Shown: positions 1-11,027, counted from the first letter of the stretch. The stretch: DNA of 32,279 nucleotides from Octopus bimaculoides (GCF_001194135.2 NC_069003.1:33969780-34002058); one strand, 5' to 3'. Translations and numbers: made by a program. Notes: generated from the letters alone by a model not told the origin.

Positions 1-620
1 TGGATGGTCTCCTTGTTTAAGTTTGTAAATGCTGCCATAATCCTTACCTTCGGTTCATCTTTGGTGTTACAAGGACTTTTTTTTTTTGGGTCTCTCGTTC
101 AACTGCACTCCACACATAATAATCAAGTGGGTTGCAATCTGGAGAGTGAGGTGGTCAGATGTTAGGGGTGATGTGGTTGCAGAAATTGTCTGGCAGCCAC
201 GACAGGGTTCTCCTGCTTGTGTGGCATGGTGCAGAGTCCTGTTGCCAGACACAGGGTCTTTCAGCAGCCACCCTCTTGACTCAGGGCAGCACTACCTCCT
301 CGAGGCACTTGGTGTAGGCCTCCGTGTTGATTATGAAGCCGTGTGGGAAGATGAACGGAAGCATAATGTCCCATCACTTGTGATCACTCCAAACACCATG
401 ATGTTGACTGGATGCTTGATTTTTATCACTCTTCGTACATGTTCTCAGATTGCAAGATCCTCAAATTGACACCCGAACACTCTGAAATGTTCGTATTGGA
501 GCGTTCGGCGCGAATGCCAAGCAGTACAGCATGTCGTTTCCAAATTTCTAGCAGAGTGAATTGCGTCATGGTGCTGTTTTTCTCACAAAAGGTGCCCAAC
601 TGACCCTACTATACTGTGTA
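1..620 (-). mobile_element. Decayed, internally deleted Tc1/mariner (DD37D, maT-type) transposase remnant
   Basis: The minus strand reads MTQFTLLEIWKRHAVLLGIRA... (ATG at 569), then KHPVNIMVFGVITSDG/PFIFPHG...AYTKCLEEVVLP*VKRVAAERPCVWQQDSAPCHTSRRTLSWLPDNFCNHITPNI*PPHSPDCNPLDYYVWSAVERET. There are 37 residues between the second and third catalytic Asp, with stops and frameshifts. The element runs off the window start. Confidence 0.85.
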
Positions 621-784
621 GTCGACAAATTCAAAAACAAACAATGCGCATGCACGAAATTAAAAATATAAAATGGCGACAGTTTACCCATTGCATCCTG
701 TATATATTACATTATATTTTATCTGTTTTCAGTTTGATTTGTACGTGTGTATTGTGTGCTAATTGTACCATTCCTCTGGAACAG

Positions 785-1380
785 GTAAATACAGCTTGCC
801 GTGTGATATTCTACTATATAATATAGTTCATATATACACTTTGCTGTGTGGTATTCTGTAATATAGTATACCTCATAAATACAGCTTGCCGCGTGCTATC
901 CCGCTATATATTATCATTTATAAATAAAGCTTGCCGTGTGATATCCCGCTATATATAATTTTTTTTTTTATAAATACTGCTTACCGTGTGATATCCTTTA
1001 ATATGTTATTGTTTATCATTACAACTTGCCGTGTAATACCCTCCAATATATATTACTGTTTATAAATACAGCCTGTTGTGTGATATCCTGCTATGTAGTG
1101 TAGTTTTATAAATCAGCTTACCGTGTGATATCCCACTATATGTAATTGTTTATAAATACAACTTTCCATATGATATCCTATTATAATACATTACAGCTTA
1201 TAAATACAGTTTGCCATGTGATATTCCACTGTAACTGTTTATGTATCAGTTTGCCTTGTGATATTCCACTATGTATATAAACACATATATTGTAACTTGT
1301 TAGATAGAGCTTGCCGTGTGATATCCCGCCATATATAATTATATCGTACAATACTATGGTTTACTGTGTGATATTTCATA
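785..1380. repeat. Degenerate minisatellite, ~43-45 bp unit, about 13 copies
   Basis: Recurrent unit close to ATAAATACAGCTTGCCGTGTGATATCCCGCTATATATAATTGTTT, read directly from the sequence. Confidence 0.9.
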
Positions 1381-1430
1381 GCAAATTGCAATTCCCTTAC
1401 TAACTGTTTGTCGTGTGATTTAATATCAGA

Positions 1431-1431
<1 letters not shown>

Positions 1432-1488
<57 letters not shown>

Positions 1489-1927
1489 TTCATCAGCATC
1501 TTCTTTCAGTTCTGTTTCCATTTCTTGCCGAGAGAGAAAAAGGAAAAAATAAAAATAGAAAAGTAAATGAATAAATAAAGGGGTGGGGGAGAAAATTCAC
1601 TGCGACAATGCTCTTCTCAATACGTGTGATGTACCAGTTAAGACAATCTTTTGCACTTCCTGCATGAATGGTAAGCCAGGGATCATTCTTAAATAATTTT
1701 CAGTTCCTGTTTTGCTCATTCCAAGTGCTCCTACAATCACTGGTATTGTACACATCTTGAGATGTCACATCTTTTCGATTTCGATTAGCAAAATTTTATA
1801 TTTTATTAAATTCTTTTGCCGAGATATTATGGTCACAGGATTCATGTCAATCAATAAACAAACTTTATTGCTTTTGTCTTTCACAACAATATCTGGTTTA
1901 TTTGCCTTGATGGTCCGGTCCGTACAT
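1432..1927 (-). mobile_element. 5'-truncated R4/Dong-clade non-LTR retrotransposon: restriction-like endonuclease C-terminus, 3'UTR and (TAA)n tail
   Basis: Minus 1927..1597 translates as TDRTIKANKPDIVVKDKSNKVCLLIDM...KYKILLIEIEKM*HLKMCTIPVIVGALGM...VQKIVLTGTSHVLRRALSQ*, a PD..D RLE motif. A short UTR follows, running into a (TAA)n array at 1432-1488, the known Dong/R4 tail and target. Confidence 0.85.
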
Positions 1928-1928
1928 A

Positions 1929-2297
1929 CTGTCTGTCTGTATGTTTGGAATTACTCTAACGCCTCCCACACTGTCCAACCGATTTTAATGATTTTTGGCA
2001 CATAGGTAGATCACATGCCCTGAAGTTCAAATAAGGCCGGAATTTTTCGAAAACTCGATAATGCTCAGTTGGCATCGATTTTTGTGAGCTCAATCGGGCG
2101 TTTGAATGAAAATTCCCATAACGATGTTATTTTTCCTGCAGCTTTTGCATTTTTACGCGTGTAAAATTTCAACAAAATCGATAGAATAGTCTATGGGTAA
2201 TAGTTGGCACGGGGAACGTAGAAGATTTCAATACAAGGTCAGAGGTGGGCTTAACTTCAACACGGGAAACACGAGCAACGCCAGGTCCAACTGCTAG
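1929..2297 (+). mobile_element. Non-autonomous Helitron-like element (DINE/HINE-like architecture)
   Basis: GTCTGTCTGT microsatellite, then an ACCGATTTTAATGATTTTTGG motif, and a 3' end with decayed GCAACGCC hairpin followed by CTAG|T (CTAG at 2294-2297). Confidence 0.55.
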
Positions 2298-3463
2298 TAA
2301 CTCTATAATTTTATAAACAATTTGTAAAACATACTAAGAATGTCGAACAATAATCACTACGGATGCCAGAAAAACCTTCATATTCACAGGTCAAAAACAC
2401 CATGTGATCAACAGAATAGGGCATCCACACTCACATCCAGTGATTAAGGTATATTAAAAATACAAAGATACAGTAAATCTTGAGTATAGACACGGTCATC
2501 AGAGATTTGCACAGGAATTAATAACGAGTTTACAGACAGAAAACGGAAAAGAATATCTGAGAAGACAATAACTTTACATCACACACTCGTCAGAATACAA
2601 AACATGACTTTCCTACCAGACTTCCAAGGGCAGACAACCAGCGTAGCCAGTGACGGGCAAATTAAGCAGCGTTGGAAAAAATCTTAGAAAATATCTACCC
2701 TAAAATTAAGCAAGATTAAACGGAACTACAGTATATCGATCATACACTTGCTCGAAGACACAAAGAACAAAAATTCGTACACATTCACACATTCTTTTAT
2801 TCTTTTATTCTTTGTTAGACTGGGGAAAATACTCCTCATAAAAATGCACGTTTGTTTGTTTGTTTTTTGGGAGTATTTTTAAAAACGATTCTTCTCGTCC
2901 AGTGACCAACAGAAGCAATGTAATGCATTTGAGAAAATTCCTCATTCGACGATAACTCGCCTTGAATTAAAAAAGAAAAATGTAGATAAACGAAGAGGCG
3001 TTCAGCATAGGCATCAGTTCTTACGACGGAACGAGAGCAGAAGCTTGAACTAATACAAGAATATGTGCAAGAAGTTGGATAAAATTAAAGGAGATTTGCA
3101 GTGTGTGTGAATGTGTGTGGTGGGGTGCGTGTTTGTGCAATGTGAGATTAGATGAAAAGGGGACAATTAAGGTGGAGTCTTTCTTTGCAAGAGTAGTGCT
3201 CACAGAACCATCACTGTCGCCAAACAGAGTAAAGAGGATCCCACAAATTTGGTGAAAGCCGTTTTGACAGTTTCGAAGCGTGGGCAGCTTGACTGCTATA
3301 CGATACACAAATTCAAATGCTGCGTTGCTGGGAAAAGGGTTACTCGGTTTTGTGGGTGGATGAATTTCACTAAACGTTGGAGACAATGGTGGTGGTGGTG
3401 GTGGTGGCGGTGGTGGTGGTGGTGGTAATAGTAGTGGCAACAGCAGCAGAAAATTGTTGTTGG

Positions 3464-3985
3464 NNNNNNNNNNNNNNNNNNNNNNNNNNNNNNNNNNNNN
3501 NNNNNNNNNNNNNNNNNNNNNNNNNNNNNNNNNNNNNNNNNNNNNNNNNNNNNNNNNNNNNNNNNNNNNNNNNNNNNNNNNNNNNNNNNNNNNNNNNNNN
3601 NNNNNNNNNNNNNNNNNNNNNNNNNNNNNNNNNNNNNNNNNNNNNNNNNNNNNNNNNNNNNNNNNNNNNNNNNNNNNNNNNNNNNNNNNNNNNNNNNNNN
3701 NNNNNNNNNNNNNNNNNNNNNNNNNNNNNNNNNNNNNNNNNNNNNNNNNNNNNNNNNNNNNNNNNNNNNNNNNNNNNNNNNNNNNNNNNNNNNNNNNNNN
3801 NNNNNNNNNNNNNNNNNNNNNNNNNNNNNNNNNNNNNNNNNNNNNNNNNNNNNNNNNNNNNNNNNNNNNNNNNNNNNNNNNNNNNNNNNNNNNNNNNNNN
3901 NNNNNNNNNNNNNNNNNNNNNNNNNNNNNNNNNNNNNNNNNNNNNNNNNNNNNNNNNNNNNNNNNNNNNNNNNNNNNNNNNNNNN
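3464..3985. other. Assembly gap. Other gaps: 5050-5763, 6950-7531, 9163-9254, 11795-11849, 19308-19883, 20986-21085, 24259-24364, 30544-30964
   Basis: Runs of N, mostly flanked by microsatellites. Confidence 1.
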
Positions 3986-4393
3986 TTTTTTGAAATTACG
4001 GAGATGATTTTATTTCGTAACTTTTTTGTTTGTTTACGAGTGAAAGAAGATAAAATATCTTCCTCGAAAATTAGAATATTTTTAACCTAAAGGAGAAAAC
4101 AAAAAATAAAGCAACTCTTACCTCTATTTTAAAATAAAATTTTAACATGGTGTTTCATTTGATTTTTGAAAAAAAACATACGCTGATGAATATCAGACGA
4201 AACACGTCTGACTATCTCAAGGTGATAAAATGCCAAAATAACATCAAGATGATGATGGTGATGGTGATAACAACGACGACCGCGACGAGAAGAAGAAGAA
4301 GAAGAAGAAGAATCGTGATGATGATGAGGATGATGATGATGATGAACTAGTAAGATTAGAAACATTTTTGCTTTTAGAGTAGGCCGCAAGCAA

Positions 4394-4600
4394 TCTTACA
4401 TCGAATAATTATATAAACTAGTAATAAAAGAAAGAAGGGTTCTTATGCGACTAGAAAACTACTATAAAATACCCACAGTAGGACTACAAGATATCTAATA
4501 AAGAACAACGGACGAAAACTATTTCTGTTTTGAAAGAATCCAACAATTACAAAACAGAGGTTGAAATATCAAACGGGTGTGAGAGAAAAGAACGAGGAAC
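4394..4600 (+). mobile_element. Second, more decayed R4/Dong-like fragment (post-RT region)
   Basis: SYIE*LYKLVIKERRVLMRLENYYKIPTVGLQ / RYLIKNNG resembles the recalled R4-clade motif 'IERLY..R.EGGRGL..LE..YK....GL..YL'. Contains stops and a frameshift. Confidence 0.5.
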
Positions 4601-4699
4601 TCTTTTTAGAAATCCAAAAGGAATTCTATAGAAAGGCACGTCGACTAGAGTTGCTCTCATGTGACCAATTCCCGAGAGAGTTTTTTCTTGACAACTGAT

Positions 4700-4862
4700 G
4701 GTGGTGTGTTTACCTCCCCGTAACTTAGCGGTTCGGCAAAAAAGACCGATAGAATAAGTACTAGGCTTACAAAGAATAAGTCCTGGGGTCGAACTGCTCG
4801 ACTAAAGGCGGTGCTCCAGCATGGCCACATCAAATGACTGAAACAAGTAAATGAGTGAAAGA
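4700..4862 (+). mobile_element. Octopus-type SINE, 3' portion
   Basis: Contains ...GATAGAATAAGTACTAGGCTTACAAAGAATAAGTCCTGGGGTCG...GGTGCTCCAGCATGGCC..TCAAATGACTGAAACAAGTAAA. The same tail recurs at 27470-27531. Confidence 0.7.
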
Positions 4863-5834
4863 GTATTATGATATCTTTATTTAAGCACAAAACTCGCAAT
4901 TTTAAGGGAAAGGGGTTAAACGATGCCACCTACCCCAATTCTTGGTTTTATTTTTTCGCCCCTGGAGGGATGAAAGACAAAGTTTATCAGAGCGAGATGT
5001 AATAACGATTTATTCATTTATTCATTTATCTCTCACCACGCATTTATATNNNNNNNNNNNNNNNNNNNNNNNNNNNNNNNNNNNNNNNNNNNNNNNNNNN
5101 NNNNNNNNNNNNNNNNNNNNNNNNNNNNNNNNNNNNNNNNNNNNNNNNNNNNNNNNNNNNNNNNNNNNNNNNNNNNNNNNNNNNNNNNNNNNNNNNNNNN
5201 NNNNNNNNNNNNNNNNNNNNNNNNNNNNNNNNNNNNNNNNNNNNNNNNNNNNNNNNNNNNNNNNNNNNNNNNNNNNNNNNNNNNNNNNNNNNNNNNNNNN
5301 NNNNNNNNNNNNNNNNNNNNNNNNNNNNNNNNNNNNNNNNNNNNNNNNNNNNNNNNNNNNNNNNNNNNNNNNNNNNNNNNNNNNNNNNNNNNNNNNNNNN
5401 NNNNNNNNNNNNNNNNNNNNNNNNNNNNNNNNNNNNNNNNNNNNNNNNNNNNNNNNNNNNNNNNNNNNNNNNNNNNNNNNNNNNNNNNNNNNNNNNNNNN
5501 NNNNNNNNNNNNNNNNNNNNNNNNNNNNNNNNNNNNNNNNNNNNNNNNNNNNNNNNNNNNNNNNNNNNNNNNNNNNNNNNNNNNNNNNNNNNNNNNNNNN
5601 NNNNNNNNNNNNNNNNNNNNNNNNNNNNNNNNNNNNNNNNNNNNNNNNNNNNNNNNNNNNNNNNNNNNNNNNNNNNNNNNNNNNNNNNNNNNNNNNNNNN
5701 NNNNNNNNNNNNNNNNNNNNNNNNNNNNNNNNNNNNNNNNNNNNNNNNNNNNNNNNNNNNNNNAGGCAGACCAAAATCTATTCGGCTTCGCATAATAATC
5801 CGATGATTATTTTTAAAATCACACAATCAATCAA

Positions 5835-5870
<36 letters not shown>

Positions 5871-5871
<1 letters not shown>

Positions 5872-6420
5872 GCCCTGATGCAGTACCAAGCAGTGGATCT
5901 CATGGCTTCTCATCTTAACTGACTGGAAGTGCTATCATGTACATTGTTCTGTCTTGGTATAAAAGATGGGCTACAGCAAATATTCTGCTTAATACCACAG
6001 ATTTGCTTGTCAGTTGCTTGACCGTAACCAGTTGAGCATGTTCCTTGGTAGCTGACGATATGTGCATCTCTGATCACGAGCAGAAGTAGTGGGGGAGCAT
6101 CACAGCCATGTGTTGAGGCGAAATTCTTTGGGGTTTGAATGATTCACCTTTGGAAACATGGATGTTTTGTTTAAACAACCCTTATTCAGGGACCTTTTGA
6201 GCGGGGATGGGCTACTCGACCTGAAGAGTATTCTAACTGGATCCTACCTGCAAGGTCATGCGATGTTTATCTTGGTAAGAGATCACCATGCCGCGCACAT
6301 ATGGTTGTGATGCATGTGCCTGGTGCACCCTTATCAGACGGGTAGTCATGATGGGTATATTGGGCTTTGTATATTTTACCCCAGTGTCACTTTGATGGCA
6401 TGCACTGCTCTCTCACTCAA
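5871..6420 (+). mobile_element. ~550-bp non-coding interspersed element inserted in a (TAA)n array (possible non-autonomous R4/Dong partner)
   Basis: Complex non-coding block bounded by (TAA)n at 5836-5870 and at 6421-6432. Resembles a high-copy octopus repeat from recall; not searched. Confidence 0.5.
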
Positions 6421-6782
6421 AAATAATAATAATGATATTGATGATGATGTTGATGATGATGATGATGACGATGATGATGATGATGATGATGATGATGTTC
6501 TTTCTATTTTCTTTGCAGAATTCGTTACTATGATGACAGCTAAATAGCCAGCGACTCACGGAAGGATTGGAAAAGCATGGACAATTCTTTTTCTTTTTTT
6601 TTTAATCCTGTGGATGAAAATCTTATAAGAGATGATGTATGTAAGCGAGAAAGAAAGAGAGAAAAAGAAAGAGAGAAAAAGAAAGAGAGAGAGAGTGTTG
6701 GGATGAGAGAAAGACAGACAACAGTGAGAATCAAAGCAAGAGACAGAAAAAAAAAGAGAGAGAAACAAGAGAGAAAGAGAGG

Positions 6783-6818
<36 letters not shown>

Positions 6819-7699
6819 GAGAGAGGGGGGAGAGAAGGGTAAGTGGACTCAATGACTCTAATAATAAAAACCACACCTCATATGTGTATGTACTGATATT
6901 TGTGCTTTCGTGTATATGTATACGTATTTATATATAATTGTGCACACACNNNNNNNNNNNNNNNNNNNNNNNNNNNNNNNNNNNNNNNNNNNNNNNNNNN
7001 NNNNNNNNNNNNNNNNNNNNNNNNNNNNNNNNNNNNNNNNNNNNNNNNNNNNNNNNNNNNNNNNNNNNNNNNNNNNNNNNNNNNNNNNNNNNNNNNNNNN
7101 NNNNNNNNNNNNNNNNNNNNNNNNNNNNNNNNNNNNNNNNNNNNNNNNNNNNNNNNNNNNNNNNNNNNNNNNNNNNNNNNNNNNNNNNNNNNNNNNNNNN
7201 NNNNNNNNNNNNNNNNNNNNNNNNNNNNNNNNNNNNNNNNNNNNNNNNNNNNNNNNNNNNNNNNNNNNNNNNNNNNNNNNNNNNNNNNNNNNNNNNNNNN
7301 NNNNNNNNNNNNNNNNNNNNNNNNNNNNNNNNNNNNNNNNNNNNNNNNNNNNNNNNNNNNNNNNNNNNNNNNNNNNNNNNNNNNNNNNNNNNNNNNNNNN
7401 NNNNNNNNNNNNNNNNNNNNNNNNNNNNNNNNNNNNNNNNNNNNNNNNNNNNNNNNNNNNNNNNNNNNNNNNNNNNNNNNNNNNNNNNNNNNNNNNNNNN
7501 NNNNNNNNNNNNNNNNNNNNNNNNNNNNNNNATATACACACACTTCTTTTGTTTTTTTCATAAAAAACAATATGTAAAAAATATATTCGCAATAAAAAAC
7601 ATCTTTAAGTGTGGATCGTTGTTATATTTGTGATGAACTGGTGATGGTGGCGGTGTTGGCTGTGGGAGTTTTCTTGTTTTTTGTTGTTATTGCTATTTA

Positions 7700-8110
7700 A
7701 CTCTGATTCGATCGATTTGTGGTGAAAAGTGTTCCAGCCGTGACTACCCCGTCTATTTTTCAGACACAGCAGTCTCCTGTGATTCCCATGTCATCATTAA
7801 AATGATCACATGACGAGGAGTGAGTTGTGGGGTTTGTAATGTAGAAACTGGTAATGTGTTTGGGAAGAATCGATAAATCAATTGAATCGATATCAGTGTA
7901 TCCATCATCCACACTTCAGTCCCTATCGGAGGGTAACATAAAAAAAATCAACCAAAATTAGAATATAGAGGAACCTATTTTAAATACCACAAAGTGTATT
8001 TTTATCACCTGTACTTTATCCTTTCTGCTAATCGATACCTTTGTATCGATCAAACGGCGATCGAATATATAAAAGCGACTTAGATCGATGCCTTTCGATA
8101 AACAGATATT
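7700..8110. promoter_or_regulatory. ATCGAT (DRE-like) motif cluster, candidate promoter region upstream of Josephin gene A
   Basis: Six exact ATCGAT at 7711, 7869, 7886, 8031, 8045 and 8084, plus near matches. A CpG-retaining, pyrimidine-rich segment follows at 8150-8700. Confidence 0.4.
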
Positions 8111-8744
8111 GATCAAATATTACTTTCGTGCATAGTTTAATGATTTCAAATAAATAAATATTTTCAGTGAAACTCGAACTCACGGCGCATGTGTTACAAA
8201 ACCTATCGCTTCACCTTCTTCACAATTTTTTCTCTCTCTCTCTCTCTCCCTCTCCTCTTTCTTTCGCTCAACGTCATAAGAAGACTGCAATGGAGAACGA
8301 GATGACGTCGATATAGAATCGAGTCAAAAGGTAGAAATTTCTTATTCTTGTACTTACTTCTGCCTTTCTCTGATATGGTTCTCATTCTTCCTTCAATAAG
8401 TTAGTTTCCCTTTTTCACCAAAAGAATTGGCCGTCGCAGAAATTGTGGCAGCGCTGAGCCCACAATGTCATCTCCAAAGTCACTTTCACACGGGACGTTG
8501 GTAGGGCACACGATTAGTAAGACATCAAGGCCAATGGGAATGGATATAGAAATACTTCTATCACAGTTAGATTAGAAGGTTGCTGGCGAAAGTGGAGTGT
8601 CTGGGTGACAATTTGTACCGATATCCGTAATGGTGGCGAACGTAACCGGCTTAAATAAATCTTGTTATCGCTGTTCTAAGGACAAAGGATTGACAAACAC
8701 GTCAGAGCGTAGAAAAAAAAATGTCTTGTGGTATTTATTCCGTT

Positions 8745-8980
8745 AGTTTGCATTTTAAGTTCAAATCCCGCCGAGGTCAACTTTGCCTTTCATCCTTTGT
8801 TGTCGATAAAATAAAATAAAGGACAGCTTCTTTCTGTTTCCGTTTACCAAATCCACTCACAAGGCTTTGGTCGGCCCGAGGTTACAGTAGAAGACACTTT
8901 CCCAAGGTGCCACGCAGTGGGACTGAACCCGGTACCATGCGGTTGGGAAGCAAGTTTCTTATCACATAGCCACGCCTAAC
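8745..8980. mobile_element. Two adjacent SINE fragments (8745-8820 on +; 8830-8980 on -)
   Basis: The first is AGTTCAAATCCCGCCGAGGTCAACTTTGCCTTTCATCCTTT..GTCGATAAA, also at 16219, 16930 and 31385. The second is the reverse complement of the family GGTTCAGTCCCACTGCGTGGCACCTTGGG.AAGTGTCTT...AAAGCCTTGTGAGTGGATTTGGTA, also at 21765 and 24405. Confidence 0.75.
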
Positions 8981-9014
<34 letters not shown>

Positions 9015-9483
9015 AGTGAGAGGGAGAGGAGGAGAGAGAGATGGACAATAACGAATTTAAAGTCTAAATGTTCTTCCTCAGATGTTAAGATGGTAGGGCA
9101 CGATTTGAAAGCAATTTTACTGTTATATCTAGCAGGTTGGCTGATTGCGTGGTGTATTGGTTNNNNNNNNNNNNNNNNNNNNNNNNNNNNNNNNNNNNNN
9201 NNNNNNNNNNNNNNNNNNNNNNNNNNNNNNNNNNNNNNNNNNNNNNNNNNNNNNGGAAAAAAAAAAGCCTGTATGAGCAAGTACACACACAAACCAGTTC
9301 TTTTTCTTTTCACAGCCAGTTCTGTGAAAGCTTTCGAATGTGTCTACAAAATTTATATTTTTAACGACACAAATGAAACCTCTATGAACTGTTCGTCGTG
9401 TGTGCGTCGACAGGAAACGTCACAACATCATCGTCCATCTCTACTGGTGTGACAACATCGAATGCGACAGAAACAGCAACTTG

Positions 9484-9614
9484 ATGGAACAAAGAACTGT
9501 CGAAGTTTACCACGAGAAACAGAGAGGAGCACTGTGTGGCCTTCATGCCCTCAATAACTTATTCCAAGACAAAAACGCCTTTACCGAAAAGGCATTGGAC
9601 AGGATAGCTGTAGG
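9484..9614 (+). CDS. Gene A coding exon 1 ([44 protein letters not shown])
   Basis: Josephin catalytic-Cys motif. Donor GG|GTAAAT at 9615. Probable acceptor TTTTCTTTTCACAG| at 9315 for the 5'UTR part. Confidence 0.93.
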
Positions 9615-9726
9615 GTAAATATGCAACACCTGTATGAATGTTGGTGGGTGGTGTGTCTCCTATGAGGTGAGTTCACACCTGTAGGAGCTAAGATCTCTCT
9701 CTCTCTCTATCTTTCCTTCTCTTTCA

Positions 9727-9786
<60 letters not shown>

Positions 9787-10857
9787 CTCCCCCCCCTCTC
9801 TCTCTATCTCTATCTCTCTCACACACACACACTCTTTCTCACCTATACTCAGGTGTGCTTCAAGGTTCAATTTTGATCCTAACACTGCCCTACAAATCAA
9901 CCACCTTTTTGCCGTCACTTGCAACATAGTCCACTCTTAAACAGATCTTGCTATCACCCCTACAAGCAACATAGACACCTGACATCAAACCAGAATTGGC
10001 CCCCATAAACAACGTCCCCGAAAACAATGTCCAGTGAGGTCATACCAGCCTAGTTCCCTTTCACATCACAAACACACAATCGTTAACACACATCAAAAGA
10101 AATCTTGCCCCCACCCCCCAACCTTACCATCACCCCACAAGCAACATAAGCACTTACTCTGCCAGTCATGGTAACGTTACGCTAGAGATTCTTCAGAGGA
10201 ATCCTATTTAGGCCGCTTGTATTCGCATCGCACTCTTTTGGTTATTACCTAAAATTCATGATCAGAGGATAGAGACGAAAACCGAATCGAAGGTAGCGAG
10301 TTTGGTTTTTATTTTATTTTATTTTATTTTATTTTACAAACTATCCCCCTTCTAAAGATCAAATGCTGCAGATGGTTCATCACTGTGCCAGCACCTACAT
10401 TTCTGGCATCCAACTCTAGCATCCGAGAATGTCATTCCTCTGGAAATTCCACTCTTAACTTTCTTTTTTCTATTCCATATTCCTACAACCGTCGTTCAGA
10501 ACTGCCATAACAACCGCAGCATCCGAACCAAACCAATAAAAACAACAGCATTAACAAGCTTCATTAATCCAACTCACTGAACTCCTAAACTATGTTTAAA
10601 ATATTAACGATAATTATCATGTTAATGAACATGCCTTAGATTAATATTGCCTTACTTGTAATTTTTCTGACCCAGGTTGAAACAGAGGGGATTTCTAAGC
10701 AGTTTCCATATCGGAAACTACGAAATCTCTGTCCTACAAGTCGCTGTCAAAACAAAGGGATGTCAACTGATACAGTTTGACAAAAGGAAGTAAGTCATTT
10801 TTCCCAGCGTTCCTTCAAGCTCTGCGTTACGTCATCCCTGTCACTCTTTCCGTTTCA

Positions 10858-10893
<36 letters not shown>

Positions 10894-10995
10894 ATATATA
10901 TATATATGTGTGTTTGCATGCATGTACGTGCGTGCATATGTGTGAATGAGTATGTATGTACGCTCACATGCTGATTATATATATGTGTGCGTGTG

Positions 10996-11027
<32 letters not shown>

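Noticed and set aside
86-603. + strand ORFs 86..469 and 412..603
   Set aside because: They are antisense shadows of the decayed maT transposase on the minus strand.
1712-2005. 97-aa hydrophobic ORF
   Set aside because: It is antisense to the R4/Dong endonuclease fragment and crosses into the Helitron-like element.
2320-2790. A-rich, codon-like block after the Helitron-like end
   Set aside because: All frames are interrupted and no motif is recognised, so it is left unassigned.
4183-4210. CTGATGA-ATATCAGAC-GAAACACGTC hammerhead-like core
   Set aside because: The core letters are present but stems I and II cannot form, and a competing 7-bp hairpin (TCAGACG/CGTCTGA) sequesters GAAA.
4129-4389. 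His/Ser/Asp/Lys-rich ORFs on both strands
   Set aside because: They are compound trinucleotide microsatellites (GAT/GAA), with no splice or homology support.
9400-9483. N-terminal extension of gene A given by the ORF track (VCVDRKRH…)
   Set aside because: It starts at GTG, has an in-frame TGA at 9385 and shows no Josephin similarity. ATG 9484 is the likely start.
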